A DNA stretch of 60,213 bases, filler included. It is 8 parts of 8 records of this genome, joined end to end, with 100 filler letters (N's around TTAATTAATTAA, not from the genome) between each part and the next. Parts side by side here need not be neighbours in the genome. Positions count along the whole stretch, not along the records: positions 13,951 to 22,573 come from DRR723986_26417; positions 22,674 to 28,093 come from DRR723986_26424; positions 28,194 to 39,179 come from DRR723986_26450; 5 more parts are not named here. The stretch is one strand, 5' to 3'. Shown here piece by piece: positions 18,447 through 29,099 of this stretch. A program made the position numbers and the translations under genes. Below the pieces are notes generated by a model. The model was given only the letters and a program-made list of their open reading frames with translations. It ran no database searches and was not told the DNA's origin. The first letter of the stretch is position 1, and every line of letters begins with the position of its first letter.

Positions 18447-20655
18447 TCTTCTTTCTTTCTATTTGCCATCTTAATCCAAAAAACACTCTGCGTGTTTGCA
18501 AAGGCCCATAAGCATAAGATGTATCAAAACTATCGCCATATGGATTTGAGGGGTCGATTAGTGGTGAATCCTGGGTATAATTAAAGATGTTCTTTAATCC
18601 AGAATAAATTTCTAATCCAATTTTATTAAATGTTTTTGTTACTTGGAAATGCTGAACCGTGAACCAAGGCGAAACATCAGGTCTTGCAAACTCATCTGCA
18701 AAAGTCGGTAGCTTTTGAGGCCCCATCACTTTCCCAATCCAATTAAAACTTAATCCAGCTTTTTTCCACGAATAAGTCAATCCAAAAGTGGACGAAAACT
18801 TAGGTGCAAAAACTTGTTGCACTTTTTCAATATTTCCATCATCATCTTCAACTTTCTCAAACACATCCATAAATGTTGCCCCCATTCTTAGTCTTAAAGG
18901 AAATTTAAAGGAATGATTAACAGCAAACGAAACTCCTCTGGTAATACCATACCCCGCTAAGTTGTCATAAACGATTAGGTTAGGATCTTGATCATAATCT
19001 GGGATGATCTTGTTCTGAAAATAGGTATAGAAAACATCTACATCAAAATTCCCATAACCCAACACTGTATAAGTATGGTTCAAGTTTAGCGTAACGTTAT
19101 GCGAACGCTCCGGCTTTAATTCGTTCAGAATAACCACATCTCTTGATCCAGATACAAAGGCGTGATCTTCTGTGAACAAATGCACCTGTCTAAATCCGGT
19201 GCCGTAATTGAACCTAAAAGCAGTAAATGCACCAAACTGTTTTTTAAAGCTTAATCGAGGCGAAAAAATAAGTCCGTGATTTTTATGGTAATCTAATCGA
19301 GCACCTCCCAATAATTTAATTTGATCGGTCACATCCCATTCGTCTTGAATAAAGATACCCGGTACGTAGTCGTTTTCGTCTGTTTGAGATGGTGTATTGT
19401 CTGTATAGATATTGTATCGATTCGCCAATCCGGCAATTAAATAGTGACGCTTTTTAATTTTCTGTGACCAGATTAAATTACTGAAAAACACCTGTTGCAG
19501 TGCCTCATAACTTACATCACCATACCATGAATCTTGACGGTGACTGTTCGCCGAAAAATCAAGTTTTAGGTTTCTACTTTTTAATGGAAAGATATAAGAT
19601 CCTAACACCTCAAATCGCTCAGTTTTTATACTCTCACCATAAACCGTGCTGCTTCCTCTATCAGACTTTTCCCAATCCATAACTCCTCCAAATCGGTCTT
19701 CATTATAATACCGGCCGGCAAGTGAAAAAACGGTCTGATCTTTCTTATTATTGATTTGCCATTTGTTGAAAACAGAAAGCCTATTGTTTAAAGGGATATC
19801 GGTAAAATTATCGCCGTTGTTATCGATTCGTAAATCATTGAAATAATAATCACCGCTCAAAGTGGTAAACACCCGTTTTCCAATGCGTGGAGTAATTGCG
19901 AAGTTTGTTTTTAATTCTTGATGAGAATTGTAGTTGGTCTCGACATCAATCAAAGGCGCTTTTTCAGGAGTTTTAGTAATGATATTGATCACTCCTCCAA
20001 CCGCTTCTGTTCCATACAAGGTGGATGATGGACCTTTCACTATTTCAACACGATCTATTATTGAAGTGGGAACACCGTTAAAACCATAAACAGATGATAA
20101 ACCTGAAACTATCGGCATCCCGTCAATTAACACTAGAGTATAAGGCCCTTCCATACCGTTAATGTGGATATCATTGGTTCCGCACACACCACAGTTAACT
20201 TGTTCTTGAACGCCGTTGACTGTTTCAAGGGCATCAATAATAGAATTCACTGGAGATGATCTGAAAAAGCTTTGCGATAACACTTCAATTTTCACTGGTG
20301 ACTTGGCGACAGAAGTTTCTCGCATTGTTCCGGTCACCACAACTTTGTTTAAGTTGAAATGATCTTCAAGTTCTATTTGCAATGGTTCAAAGTCTTTTCG
20401 AACATCAATACTCATCTGAAAATCTTTAATACCAACTGACGAAACTTTGATTTCATAAGCACCATAAGCTACATTCTCAAAAAAGAAACGTCCTTCGTCA
20501 TCTGAAATCACTCCTTTTTCAGTTGGTAAAAGCAGCACTTTTGCATATGGAACAGGCGTTCCGTCTGATTTCACCACCCCTTCTATCATCCTCTGAGAGA
20601 AAGCGTTAATTGCGAACAAGCTAATAATAATGACAGTAAATATTTTCACTAACAA
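18439..20655 (-). CDS. TonB-dependent receptor (metal uptake)
   Basis: Signal peptide; plug motif IDRVEIVKGPSSTLYG..GGVINIITK; NCGVC motif. Confidence 0.92.
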   Translation of the reverse strand: MLVKIFTVIIISLFAINAFSQRMIEGVVKSDGTPVPYAKVLLLPTEKGVISDDEGRFFFENVAYGAYEIKVSSVGIKDFQMSIDVRKDFEPLQIELEDHFNLNKVVVTGTMRETSVAKSPVKIEVLSQSFFRSSPVNSIIDALETVNGVQEQVNCGVCGTNDIHINGMEGPYTLVLIDGMPIVSGLSSVYGFNGVPTSIIDRVEIVKGPSSTLYGTEAVGGVINIITKTPEKAPLIDVETNYNSHQELKTNFAITPRIGKRVFTTLSGDYYFNDLRIDNNGDNFTDIPLNNRLSVFNKWQINNKKDQTVFSLAGRYYNEDRFGGVMDWEKSDRGSSTVYGESIKTERFEVLGSYIFPLKSRNLKLDFSANSHRQDSWYGDVSYEALQQVFFSNLIWSQKIKKRHYLIAGLANRYNIYTDNTPSQTDENDYVPGIFIQDEWDVTDQIKLLGGARLDYHKNHGLIFSPRLSFKKQFGAFTAFRFNYGTGFRQVHLFTEDHAFVSGSRDVVILNELKPERSHNVTLNLNHTYTVLGYGNFDVDVFYTYFQNKIIPDYDQDPNLIVYDNLAGYGITRGVSFAVNHSFKFPLRLRMGATFMDVFEKVEDDDGNIEKVQQVFAPKFSSTFGLTYSWKKAGLSFNWIGKVMGPQKLPTFADEFARPDVSPWFTVQHFQVTKTFNKIGLEIYSGLKNIFNYTQDSPLIDPSNPYGDSFDTSYAYGPLQTRRVFFGLRWQIERKKND

Positions 20656-20685
20656 TAATTTTTCAATTCAAAAATACAAAATTAT

Positions 20686-20703
20686 TTTTAGACAAGCCTA
20701 AAA
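20686..20703. promoter_or_regulatory. Putative DtxR/MntR operator
   Basis: Near-palindrome TTTTAGACAAGCCTAAAA about 30 bp upstream of the operon's first gene. Confidence 0.65.
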
Positions 20704-20808
20704 TATTATTTTTAAGCACCCTTAAAACCTGATATTTTCATCAAAATTGACAAGCTAATAAATTCAAAACCCTATCTTTGCGCCGAATTAACAATTGAAA
20801 TAAACGTA

Positions 20809-21231
20809 ATGGCTACAAATAGAACATTCACAATGATTAAGCCTGAAGCAGTTGCTGCAGGTCACGCTGGAAAAATTATAGACGCAATTATCGCTGCAGG
20901 ATTCGAAATCAAAGCATTAAAATTGACTCAATTATCTGCTGAAAGAGCCGGTAAATTTTATGAAGTACACAAAGAACGTCCATTTTATGGAGAGTTGGTT
21001 GAGTACATGTCAAGCGGACCTATTTATGCTGCGGTATTAGAAAAAGACAATGCTGTTGCAGATTTTAGAGCCTTAATTGGTGCTACTGACCCAGCTGAAG
21101 CAGCTGAAGGAACAATCAGAAAGAATTTCGCTAAATCAAAAGCTGAGAATGCAGTTCACGGATCTGACTCAGATGAAAACGCTCAAATAGAAGCAGATTT
21201 TCATTTTACAGCTGCTGAAATTGTAGGATAA
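20809..21231 (+). CDS. ndk: Nucleoside diphosphate kinase
   Basis: [23 protein letters not shown]. Confidence 0.97.
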   Translation: MATNRTFTMIKPEAVAAGHAGKIIDAIIAAGFEIKALKLTQLSAERAGKFYEVHKERPFYGELVEYMSSGPIYAAVLEKDNAVADFRALIGATDPAEAAEGTIRKNFAKSKAENAVHGSDSDENAQIEADFHFTAAEIVG

Positions 21232-21250
21232 AAAATTCCTTAATGGATTG

Positions 21251-21281
21251 AACCACGCTTTTTAAGCGTGGTTTTTTTTTT
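21251..21281 (+). terminator. Rho-independent terminator after ndk
   Basis: AACCACGCTT-TTT-AAGCGTGGTT followed by a T-run. Confidence 0.9.
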
Positions 21282-21284
21282 GCC

Positions 21285-21839
21285 TTAATCCATTTTGTTC
21301 AGCTTACGTTTTCTTTTCATCACTTCAAAAGAAAAACGATAGCTCCCTTTTATATTCAACATAGCAGACATTGGAGAATCCCCTTCAGGTGGAATAAAAC
21401 TGAAACTATCAGTACTATGAACGTACATTGGCCCAACATTAAAAGTCCAATTCCATTTTTTATCTGTAAAAAAAGTGAGCCCAACTAATATTGCGTGCTG
21501 ATAAACTGGTAGACGCCATGGCGTGTTAAAATAGACTCCTTTATAAGCAATCATAAAGCGTTCTGAAGCTCGTTTCACCTTCCAAGGATAAACATTTAAG
21601 CCAATTCCACAAGCGGGAAACCCTGCCCCTATCTCCAATTGTAAGTGAGGATTCACGAAATGTTCGAAACTTCCACCAATGAATCCACTGGTTCCGCCCA
21701 CATTTACCGAAATGCTACTTTTATAAAGTCCACCAAACTCCGTTGATTTTAAATCTGCTACGGTAGCCGAGTCAATCTCTTTTTGACCCCAAGAAAAGAG
21801 GCAACCAAAAGTCATTGCTATCAATAAAACACTTTTCAT
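21285..21839 (-). CDS. Hypothetical secreted or outer-membrane protein
   Basis: Signal peptide, alternating beta-strand pattern. Confidence 0.7.
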   Translation of the reverse strand: MKSVLLIAMTFGCLFSWGQKEIDSATVADLKSTEFGGLYKSSISVNVGGTSGFIGGSFEHFVNPHLQLEIGAGFPACGIGLNVYPWKVKRASERFMIAYKGVYFNTPWRLPVYQHAILVGLTFFTDKKWNWTFNVGPMYVHSTDSFSFIPPEGDSPMSAMLNIKGSYRFSFEVMKRKRKLNKMD

Positions 21840-22447
21840 TCGACAGGAATCTCTTTGTATTTTTTCTGAACTGCAAACTTATTTCCCTTCCAAACCAAAT
21901 CTAGCAATGGAAACTCAAATTGATTTTTATCAATCGATAGATAAACATTCACAAATCCTCCATTTCGGGGAAGAACAAATTTAAACTGTGCATTTTGATC
22001 TTTAGTTTCGGGATACTTTTTCAAGAATTTCTTCTTCATTTTTCTCAAATGGCGAACCATTTTCTTCAACGGGAAAATTTGCGTGGTGACTTCTACAGAG
22101 TCCGTTGAATTGAATTCAAAAAAACTGCACTCGTAACTACATATTGGTGCGCAATTATCTGAAGTAACACCAACCAGGTCATTTCCGCTATCCATTTTCC
22201 ACATGGCCATTTCATAATCAGGGCCATATCCTCCACTAATTCGGACAAAATCACCGTCTAAATCTTTGGTCTTGTAAAAGTATAATTTGCCTTGATCAAA
22301 ATTCACCTCTTCCTGCGTTTCCATTATCTTCATTCCTAACAATCGCTCAGCATACATATGAATTGAAGCATAGGATTTTTTAGAATAGTCTTGGGCAAAA
22401 CTTGGACTAATCACAAACAGAAACAATATGAGCAAGTACTTTCTCAT
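21836..22447 (-). CDS. Hypothetical secreted protein
   Basis: Signal peptide ending SFA-Q; 4-nt overlap with the next gene. Confidence 0.7.
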   Translation of the reverse strand: MRKYLLILFLFVISPSFAQDYSKKSYASIHMYAERLLGMKIMETQEEVNFDQGKLYFYKTKDLDGDFVRISGGYGPDYEMAMWKMDSGNDLVGVTSDNCAPICSYECSFFEFNSTDSVEVTTQIFPLKKMVRHLRKMKKKFLKKYPETKDQNAQFKFVLPRNGGFVNVYLSIDKNQFEFPLLDLVWKGNKFAVQKKYKEIPVE

Positions 22448-23519
22448 TAATAAGCTTCGTTGATTTCATGATACAATTCCTCCACAAAGAAATTTGTTTT
22501 GTTCCAGCCCAACTTGATAATCGGATATTCGATTTCATCTGCTCCTAAAATCAAATTAACATCCATGGATGTTNNNNNNNNNNNNNNNNNNNNNNNNNNN
22601 NNNNNNNNNNNNNNNNNTTAATTAATTAANNNNNNNNNNNNNNNNNNNNNNNNNNNNNNNNNNNNNNNNNNNNGCGGAACTTTGCAAACTCCGCTTTCTG
22701 CGCCTTGCTGCCGTAAGTGCAGTAGCAGCATCAGATTGGGCAGCCGGAAACCGCTGAACGTCTGCTTTCGGGAAACTGACCTTCAACTCTCGCGAATGCA
22801 GCATTGTGCGCGGAGCACGCTGTGTCAGAGTCCGCTTTGAGCTGACACAGGTCACCCAGCGCAGCTACCCAAGCTGGCGACGGCGTGATCTGGGTGAAAA
22901 TCACACGCTGCATCGCTGCAAGGAGCCCGCAGGAGACGAACAGATTCCTCGCGGCATGCGCTCGCAGCACGGACTATGCTGAAACCGCTAAGAATTCGGT
23001 GTCGCCTTGCGGCCTGAAGACCGGCCATTCACACAAAGCGCAGCGAGGAATAACTGTTCAAGGATCAAGTCGCGGGGCAAAATGAGATTTCGCTGCACCT
23101 GTGTCAAAGGCCGGTTTGCGTTATTTTCGACCGCAGTAAGAAACAACAAACGCAAGAAGCAGAAGTTGCCAAATGAGCGTATAATCAAGCAACAATGGAG
23201 CTAGCTGAACTTCAGTCGACAAAGTGGTTGGATTTTACCCTGCACTGTCGAAAGTCAGGTCTGAGCCCACACTAAACCTGCCGATATTTTGCGGCGCCTG
23301 CTCGCGGCATAAAAACTCGTTTGTGTGTGCGATGTCCATAGCTAATCTGCGGCTGTTTGAACTGCCCATAATGTTAGGCGCAGCTTAGTTATGGTCGCAA
23401 TTAATCACTTCGCAGGATGCTTGGGCTTGATCCTAAGCTGTTTCAGCGAACTGACCAGACAAACCAACACGTGCGCCTAACCTAGAAGGCTGAACATCCT
23501 CCGTTTCATAACCCGCAAA

Positions 23520-24419
23520 TCAGAGATATTCAGCACAAGAAGCTTCAAGCTGGTCCCATAAAGCAGCGGCTTTCTCGGTATTCAGTCCTGCATCCCTTTC
23601 AGGGAGTTTCATCATTCCGCAGACGTTGTGCCAGTAACCACCGGACGGCAGATCCTGTGTTGCGGCGATCAGTGAGGCCTGCGCGCCTTGTTCTTCATTG
23701 ATGGCCATTCTTTTGAGAAACCAAAGCGCAAGTCCTGTGGGCCGTTGGCCACCAAGACCGCTCATGATCGCGCCCGGATGTACTGCGGTTGCGTGGATTT
23801 CAGGAAAGCGTTTTGACAACTCGGCCGCCTGCCAGAGATTACCCAGCTTGCTGCCGCCGTAAACCCGCATCATGTTGAATTTCTTCGGGTTTGCTTCGCA
23901 GTCCTTGGCAGCAACATAGGCATCGCCTGTTGTCATGACCACGCGAGGCGCGTCGCCATACTGGCCTCGCTTGGTTAGCAGCCGATACAGCAGATGGTGC
24001 CCAAGGACATTGATGGCATAGGTCATCTCAATATTGTCGGGTGCCATTTTATGCTCATTCAGCGCAACACCAGCGTTGCAAATCAGAATATCGATTTTCT
24101 GACCGTCCATTGCATCCACAGCGTCGCGCACTGACGTGAGGTTCGAAAGATCGCATTTGATCTGCTGCACCCCTGCCAGTTCGCCTGTGCCTTGGGACAC
24201 ACCACGCGACATCGAGATAACTTTGGCCCCACGTGCAAGCGCCCCTCGCGAAATGAACTCGCCGACTCCGGCAGTGCCACCCGTAACAAGGACAGTTTTG
24301 CCACTGAGCCGCGGAAGATCGGGGCACGTCTGTGTGCGCGATTGTTGGCGATACATGCACCGAAACATGCGAGGCACCACTCCTCGGGCAGCTCGGTAAG
24401 GCGTTAGGCTGATGGTCAT
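23520..24419 (-). CDS. Short-chain dehydrogenase/reductase
   Basis: TGGTAGVG, ICNAG, YGGSK. Confidence 0.9.
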   Translation of the reverse strand: MTISLTPYRAARGVVPRMFRCMYRQQSRTQTCPDLPRLSGKTVLVTGGTAGVGEFISRGALARGAKVISMSRGVSQGTGELAGVQQIKCDLSNLTSVRDAVDAMDGQKIDILICNAGVALNEHKMAPDNIEMTYAINVLGHHLLYRLLTKRGQYGDAPRVVMTTGDAYVAAKDCEANPKKFNMMRVYGGSKLGNLWQAAELSKRFPEIHATAVHPGAIMSGLGGQRPTGLALWFLKRMAINEEQGAQASLIAATQDLPSGGYWHNVCGMMKLPERDAGLNTEKAAALWDQLEASCAEYL

Positions 24420-24440
24420 TTTGGTTTCCTTTGGAATTTG

Positions 24441-25658
24441 TCAGGATGCAGGCCTTTCGCCTGACGCAAATTGTTTGCGATCCGCAGATATTAAGATGAT
24501 CTGGGACAATAAGCCGGTTGCGCATATCCCAATGAACAAGGGGGCAACCGTCATGTTGAAAGTGGTGGCGATGAGCGAACCAATCGCCATGGCAATACAG
24601 CCGGACAAAAAGCTGATGGCCGAGTTTGCCAGCCCGGCGATGTGTCCCAGTGGCTGCAAGGCGATTGCGTTCATATTGCCCATCGTCAGTCCAAAGCAAA
24701 AGAATATGATCGAGATCAGGGACAAAAATCCCAAAAGGCCGAGAGGCACGAAGAGGCTTATTACGTAAGCCAACCCACTGGCCAAGATCATGCCCGACAA
24801 GGCGGTGCGGCACACCACTTCAGGGCTATAGCTTTCTACGAGACGGGCGTTGGCAAGACTGGCAATACCAATAAATCCTGCGCCAACGCCAAAGTAGATT
24901 GCAAACATATCGCCCGCTTCAAAGATATCGCGGTAAATCTGCTCGGCTGACATAATGTAAGCCATGAGGGCCCCCATCATGAGTCCACTGGCGATTGTGT
25001 AGGCACGGGTTGTCCGGTTGGACAGGGTTGTGACTAGCCCGTCGCGGATTGGGGCCAGCCCGCTCGCACTTCGGCGTTCAACGGGCAGAGATTCCGGCTG
25101 GCGCATCCAAACCCAGAACCCTGAGGCGCAAGTCAGCGCCAGCATGAACCAGAATATCGCCTGCCATCCCGCCAGCGTCAGTAGCCCCTGACCAATCATC
25201 GGTGCAATGCAAGGTACTATGATGAACACTGCCATCGTCAGCGACATAATGCGCGCCATGGCGGCCCCTTCGTAGCGGTCGCGAATAATGGACATCGGCA
25301 CAATCCTGAGCGCCGCAGCCCCCACACCCTGAAAGAACCGGCCCACAAACATCACAGTAAGACTGTCCGCCAGGATGCAAACCAGGCTGCTTAATACAAA
25401 AACTGCCATGCCGGTGAACAGGATTGGCCTACGTCCAAATCGATCGGACATTGGCCCAAAGGCCAGTTGCCCGATGGTCAGCCCCAAAAACAAAACGCCG
25501 ACGATCTGCTGCAACGCATTGCCGTCGGTCATCCCGAAGCTCTCGCCGATATCTGGGAGTGCTGGCAGAACCGCGTCGATCGACAATGCTCCAAGTGACG
25601 TAGTCAGCGCGACGAGTGCGACAAACTCTATTTCACTCGGCGTATTCCTAGCGGGCAT
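24441..25658 (-). CDS. Bcr/CflA-family MFS efflux transporter
   Basis: SIDAVLPALP, GPMSDRFGRRP, about 12 TM helices. Confidence 0.9.
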   Translation of the reverse strand: MPARNTPSEIEFVALVALTTSLGALSIDAVLPALPDIGESFGMTDGNALQQIVGVLFLGLTIGQLAFGPMSDRFGRRPILFTGMAVFVLSSLVCILADSLTVMFVGRFFQGVGAAALRIVPMSIIRDRYEGAAMARIMSLTMAVFIIVPCIAPMIGQGLLTLAGWQAIFWFMLALTCASGFWVWMRQPESLPVERRSASGLAPIRDGLVTTLSNRTTRAYTIASGLMMGALMAYIMSAEQIYRDIFEAGDMFAIYFGVGAGFIGIASLANARLVESYSPEVVCRTALSGMILASGLAYVISLFVPLGLLGFLSLISIIFFCFGLTMGNMNAIALQPLGHIAGLANSAISFLSGCIAMAIGSLIATTFNMTVAPLFIGICATGLLSQIILISADRKQFASGERPAS

Positions 25659-25759
25659 GTCGGGTCATCCTCATGGCAAGGCCGTCAACTGGGCCGATGT
25701 TGCGAGGAATATCATTCTCGGCCATAATATAAACAAGGCGCATTTTTCTGAGGTCACAT

Positions 25760-26662
25760 ATGAAAAAACCTGATCTAATGAAAGTTGATGTCAAGCTGCT
25801 GACGATTTTCTGCACAGTTGCAAAAGAGGGGGCGATCTCACGTGCAGCTGAACGTTTGGGCGTAAGCCAACCCCTTGTGAGTCATGCTCTAGATCGGTTG
25901 CGATTGGTGTTTGGTGATCCTTTGTTCGTGCGCGCCGGGCGTGGTATTGCGGCAACCGAACGCACTCTTGCCCTCGTACCTGAGATTTCTGAAATCCTCG
26001 ACCGGCTGGACACTCTCGTTTCGCCTGAACCGCTGGGTCTGGCGGAAATGACGACGCGGTTCTGCCTGGAAGCACATGACTACGAACGTCAGCTGATAGC
26101 CCCCGGCTTGCTAGGCAGGTTCTTTCTTGAAGCGCCTAGGGCCAAACTTCGCATGATACCGTCTGGCAAGAATTACCTAGATCGCTTGCGCATGCGTGAA
26201 AGTGATGTTGTCATCTCACCCATTCCTCCGGCGGACCAGCTTGATATCCATAGCACCCCATTGTTTGAGGACAGAGCAGAGTGTTTCTTTGACCCCGAAG
26301 TTGTTTCGGCAGATGAAGTAAGGGACAGATTCAGTTCATTGCCGCACGCCTCTGTTCGTTTCTCTCTGACCGGAACGTCATTCGAGGACCAAATCTTTGA
26401 ACAACATGGCATTGAACGTCAGGTGATGGTCGAAGTTCCGAGTTTCGAAGCCTTGCCGCCATTAATGCGTGGGTCACAGCTCATTGCGATACTGCCATCG
26501 CGTTTGGCCCAAGGGCTGTTCAGGGATTTTGCGCATATTGAGGCACCTTGCCCGTTCCCGCCGGTACAGTTCAACATGATCTGGCACAAAGCGACGCACC
26601 ATTCCCCTGCACAAAAATGGCTTCGCGATGCTATTCGCCAGACAGTAGCGCAGATTGCGTAA
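25760..26662 (+). CDS. LysR-family regulator, divergent from the MFS gene
   Basis: ISRAAERLGVSQPLVSHALDRLR..DPLFVR. Confidence 0.93.
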   Translation: MKKPDLMKVDVKLLTIFCTVAKEGAISRAAERLGVSQPLVSHALDRLRLVFGDPLFVRAGRGIAATERTLALVPEISEILDRLDTLVSPEPLGLAEMTTRFCLEAHDYERQLIAPGLLGRFFLEAPRAKLRMIPSGKNYLDRLRMRESDVVISPIPPADQLDIHSTPLFEDRAECFFDPEVVSADEVRDRFSSLPHASVRFSLTGTSFEDQIFEQHGIERQVMVEVPSFEALPPLMRGSQLIAILPSRLAQGLFRDFAHIEAPCPFPPVQFNMIWHKATHHSPAQKWLRDAIRQTVAQIA

Positions 26663-26862
26663 ACTGTAGGCGCAGCCTTTCGCTGGCCCCAATCCTACAA
26701 TCGTTTGCCTTAAGGTCCGCCAAACACCACACGTGAATGCGCCAATACATCAGCTTTCGACATGCATTACCTCAAAGGTGCGGGAGTTGTTGATGTAATG
26801 CCTGACGCGTACTTTCCGGGTAGCCCAGCGAAAACAGCTGGAAACCTGTGAAAGCGTATAAA

Positions 26863-27783
26863 ATGAAAACCTACAGTAACGACAGTGTTGCCGTTTCAAG
26901 GATTGGCCTAGGGTGCATGCGCATGTCGATGATGCCGGACCAACAGCGATCCGAAAGCATCGCCACAATCCACGCGGCACTTGAGGCTGGAATCAACCTG
27001 TTAAATACTGGTGATTTTTACGGTCAGGACGGCCATAACGAAATTCTCATAGGCGAGGCGCTAAAGGGCTATGACCGGGACAAAGCGTTCATTTCCCTGA
27101 AGTACGGGACTTTTCAGAATACCTTCAAGGGCAGCAACAAAGTTGATGTTGGACCCAAGAACGTAAAGACCTATATCACCACCTCGTTGAAGCGCCTGGG
27201 TTTGGATTACGTGGACCTTTATCAACCCGCCCGCGTGGATATCGGCATCCCGGTTGAAGAAACGATCGGTGCGATAGCCGAGCTGGTCGAGGCTGGGTAT
27301 GTGCGCAATATCGGATTGTCGGAAACTGATGCCCAGACCATTCGTAAGGCGCACGCGACGCACCCTTTAAGCTTGATAGAGTTTTCCTATTCAGTCACCG
27401 ATACAAACGTCGAGGAAAGCATCCTGCCAACGGCACGCGAGTTGGGCATCGGAGTTGTGGCATTTGGCGCAATGGGCTTTGGAAAGCTGTCCGATGCGGG
27501 GGATGACCCGCTGTTGGAAACGCTTCGCGACTTGGCAGCGGACAAGAATGTCACGCTCGCGCAGCTGTTGCACGGTTGGTTGTTGGCCAAAGGCGGCGAC
27601 ATTATCCCGCTCGCTGGGGCACGCACCATAGCCCAGCTTGAGGATACGCTGAAAAGCCTTGATCTGCAGTTGACCGACCAAGACCTTGGTCAGATCGAAG
27701 CCGCCAGAAAGCAGAGCGATCTTGTCGGTCGTTCTATGCCAAACATGGTCATCAAGAACGGTGTCCTGCTGGATCAAAACTAG
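26863..27783 (+). CDS. Aldo/keto reductase
   Basis: IGLGCM, NTGDFYG, SLKRLGLDYVDLY, IGLSE. Confidence 0.88.
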   Translation: MKTYSNDSVAVSRIGLGCMRMSMMPDQQRSESIATIHAALEAGINLLNTGDFYGQDGHNEILIGEALKGYDRDKAFISLKYGTFQNTFKGSNKVDVGPKNVKTYITTSLKRLGLDYVDLYQPARVDIGIPVEETIGAIAELVEAGYVRNIGLSETDAQTIRKAHATHPLSLIEFSYSVTDTNVEESILPTARELGIGVVAFGAMGFGKLSDAGDDPLLETLRDLAADKNVTLAQLLHGWLLAKGGDIIPLAGARTIAQLEDTLKSLDLQLTDQDLGQIEAARKQSDLVGRSMPNMVIKNGVLLDQN

Positions 27784-28193
27784 TCGCGCAATACGCGTTC
27801 TAGCGAGAATTTCAACCTTATGCCGGTCAAATGTCGGACCGGAAGAAGGACCAGTTTCATACGTCTCAATGTTAACGGTTCAGAATTTGAAGAGTAATAC
27901 CTTTGGCAATATGAAACCCTTCTTATGGTCTTGCGAGAACAGTTGGCTTTTGTCGGCCCAAATCCCTTAGTTCATGCAATCGCATTGGTGGGATACGACT
28001 GGGCGCGGATAGCATTGCACGAATAAACGACCAGACATTCGACGGTGCATGTTGAGTGTCTGGTTCGTCCGCGGAGCGGTCACAAGCCAAGACNNNNNNN
28101 NNNNNNNNNNNNNNNNNNNNNNNNNNNNNNNNNNNNNTTAATTAATTAANNNNNNNNNNNNNNNNNNNNNNNNNNNNNNNNNNNNNNNNNNNN

Positions 28194-28610
28194 GTTCGGC
28201 CTGTCACCAGGCTCGAAGCTCCCTACGCCGGACATGTTGAACGAAGTCGCCCTAAGGCTACTCCAAACCCCATGTGCAGGATTACTTCGCTTCAGACCAC
28301 GAAGCGCCCTCACCTGCTTTGGATAAAACGGCCTCAAAAGAAACTCCACCTCTTCGGTGAGCTCCTAACGAGGTTTTTCCGCATCGCCCCCGCCCTGGTT
28401 TTTCACTTCCACCTTTCGGACTTCTAACCTCTTCAAGCATCGGATCGAATCGTCGGATTCCTCGAACTCCCAATTACCGACAAACAAAGTCGGTAGTTGG
28501 AGCGGTTCGCATTACTCGACGAAGCCTCCGTCGAACCGGACAAGCACCTCTCGATGCATCCGGCTCTACGGGTCAGTCACGTGGCGGGAGTTACTTCCGC
28601 CCCCTTAGCC
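28194..28610 (-). ncRNA. Group II intron-like RNA with apparent order D3-D5-D6-exon-D1 (candidate circularly permuted group II ribozyme), cut by the contig end
   Basis: Minus strand 28566-28533 reads GAGCCGGATGCATCGAGAGGTGCTTGTCCGGTTC (34-nt domain V); a D6 hairpin ends TTCGATCCGAT at 28439; a 5'-end-like GGGCGACTTCGTTC starts at 28252. Confidence 0.65.
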
Positions 28611-28839
28611 TAAGTGGTAAGCCTAGGTTTACCGGGTGTAACTGGCTACGAATGTCTGTCATGCATGCCACTGCTAACGAGTCCTGAATTTGCAGGCCAC
28701 TTCACAGCAAGCGCGTTTGACGATGGCAACAGCCGTAAGCGGTCAGAGCCTCCGCAAAGCTCTGCCCAAACTCGCTACCTAGCACTCAGGAGCATTGCTG
28801 CAAGCTTTATTTTCTTTCCGCTTATAGCAGTTCTCAGCC

Positions 28840-29073
28840 TGTGGATAACTCGATCTATAGGCGTGTCGGTATCGTCATACTTTTTCGTTGAAAATGCGTG
28901 TCGGTCCCGTCAGTAAAAAGCCCTCGACACGTGTCGGTGCCGTCATGTTTTTAAGGCATTTCGAATTGAAGAAGCTCAGATAATCGACTGCAATCATTGA
29001 GCAATTCGGGAGTAACCGAGCCGCTTCAACGCTTCGTACAAAGTACTTGTACAAAGTACTTGTACAAAGTACT
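28840..29073. other. Putative iteron-type replication origin
   Basis: DnaA box TGTGGATAA at 28840-28848; three CGTGTCGGTnnCGTCA repeats (28862, 28897, 28930); tandem GTACAAAGTACT(T) x3 at 29036-29073. Confidence 0.75.
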
Positions 29074-29099
29074 ATTATTGAGACAAATGTAATTGCTTA

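Noticed and set aside
28253-28438. Endless ORF in the predicted 186-nt RNA circle
   Set aside because: The length is divisible by 3, but the frames traced across the junction contain stop codons.
28862-29073. Spaced repeats as a mini-CRISPR
   Set aside because: Repeats and gaps are too short, and the DnaA box and Rep context fit iterons.
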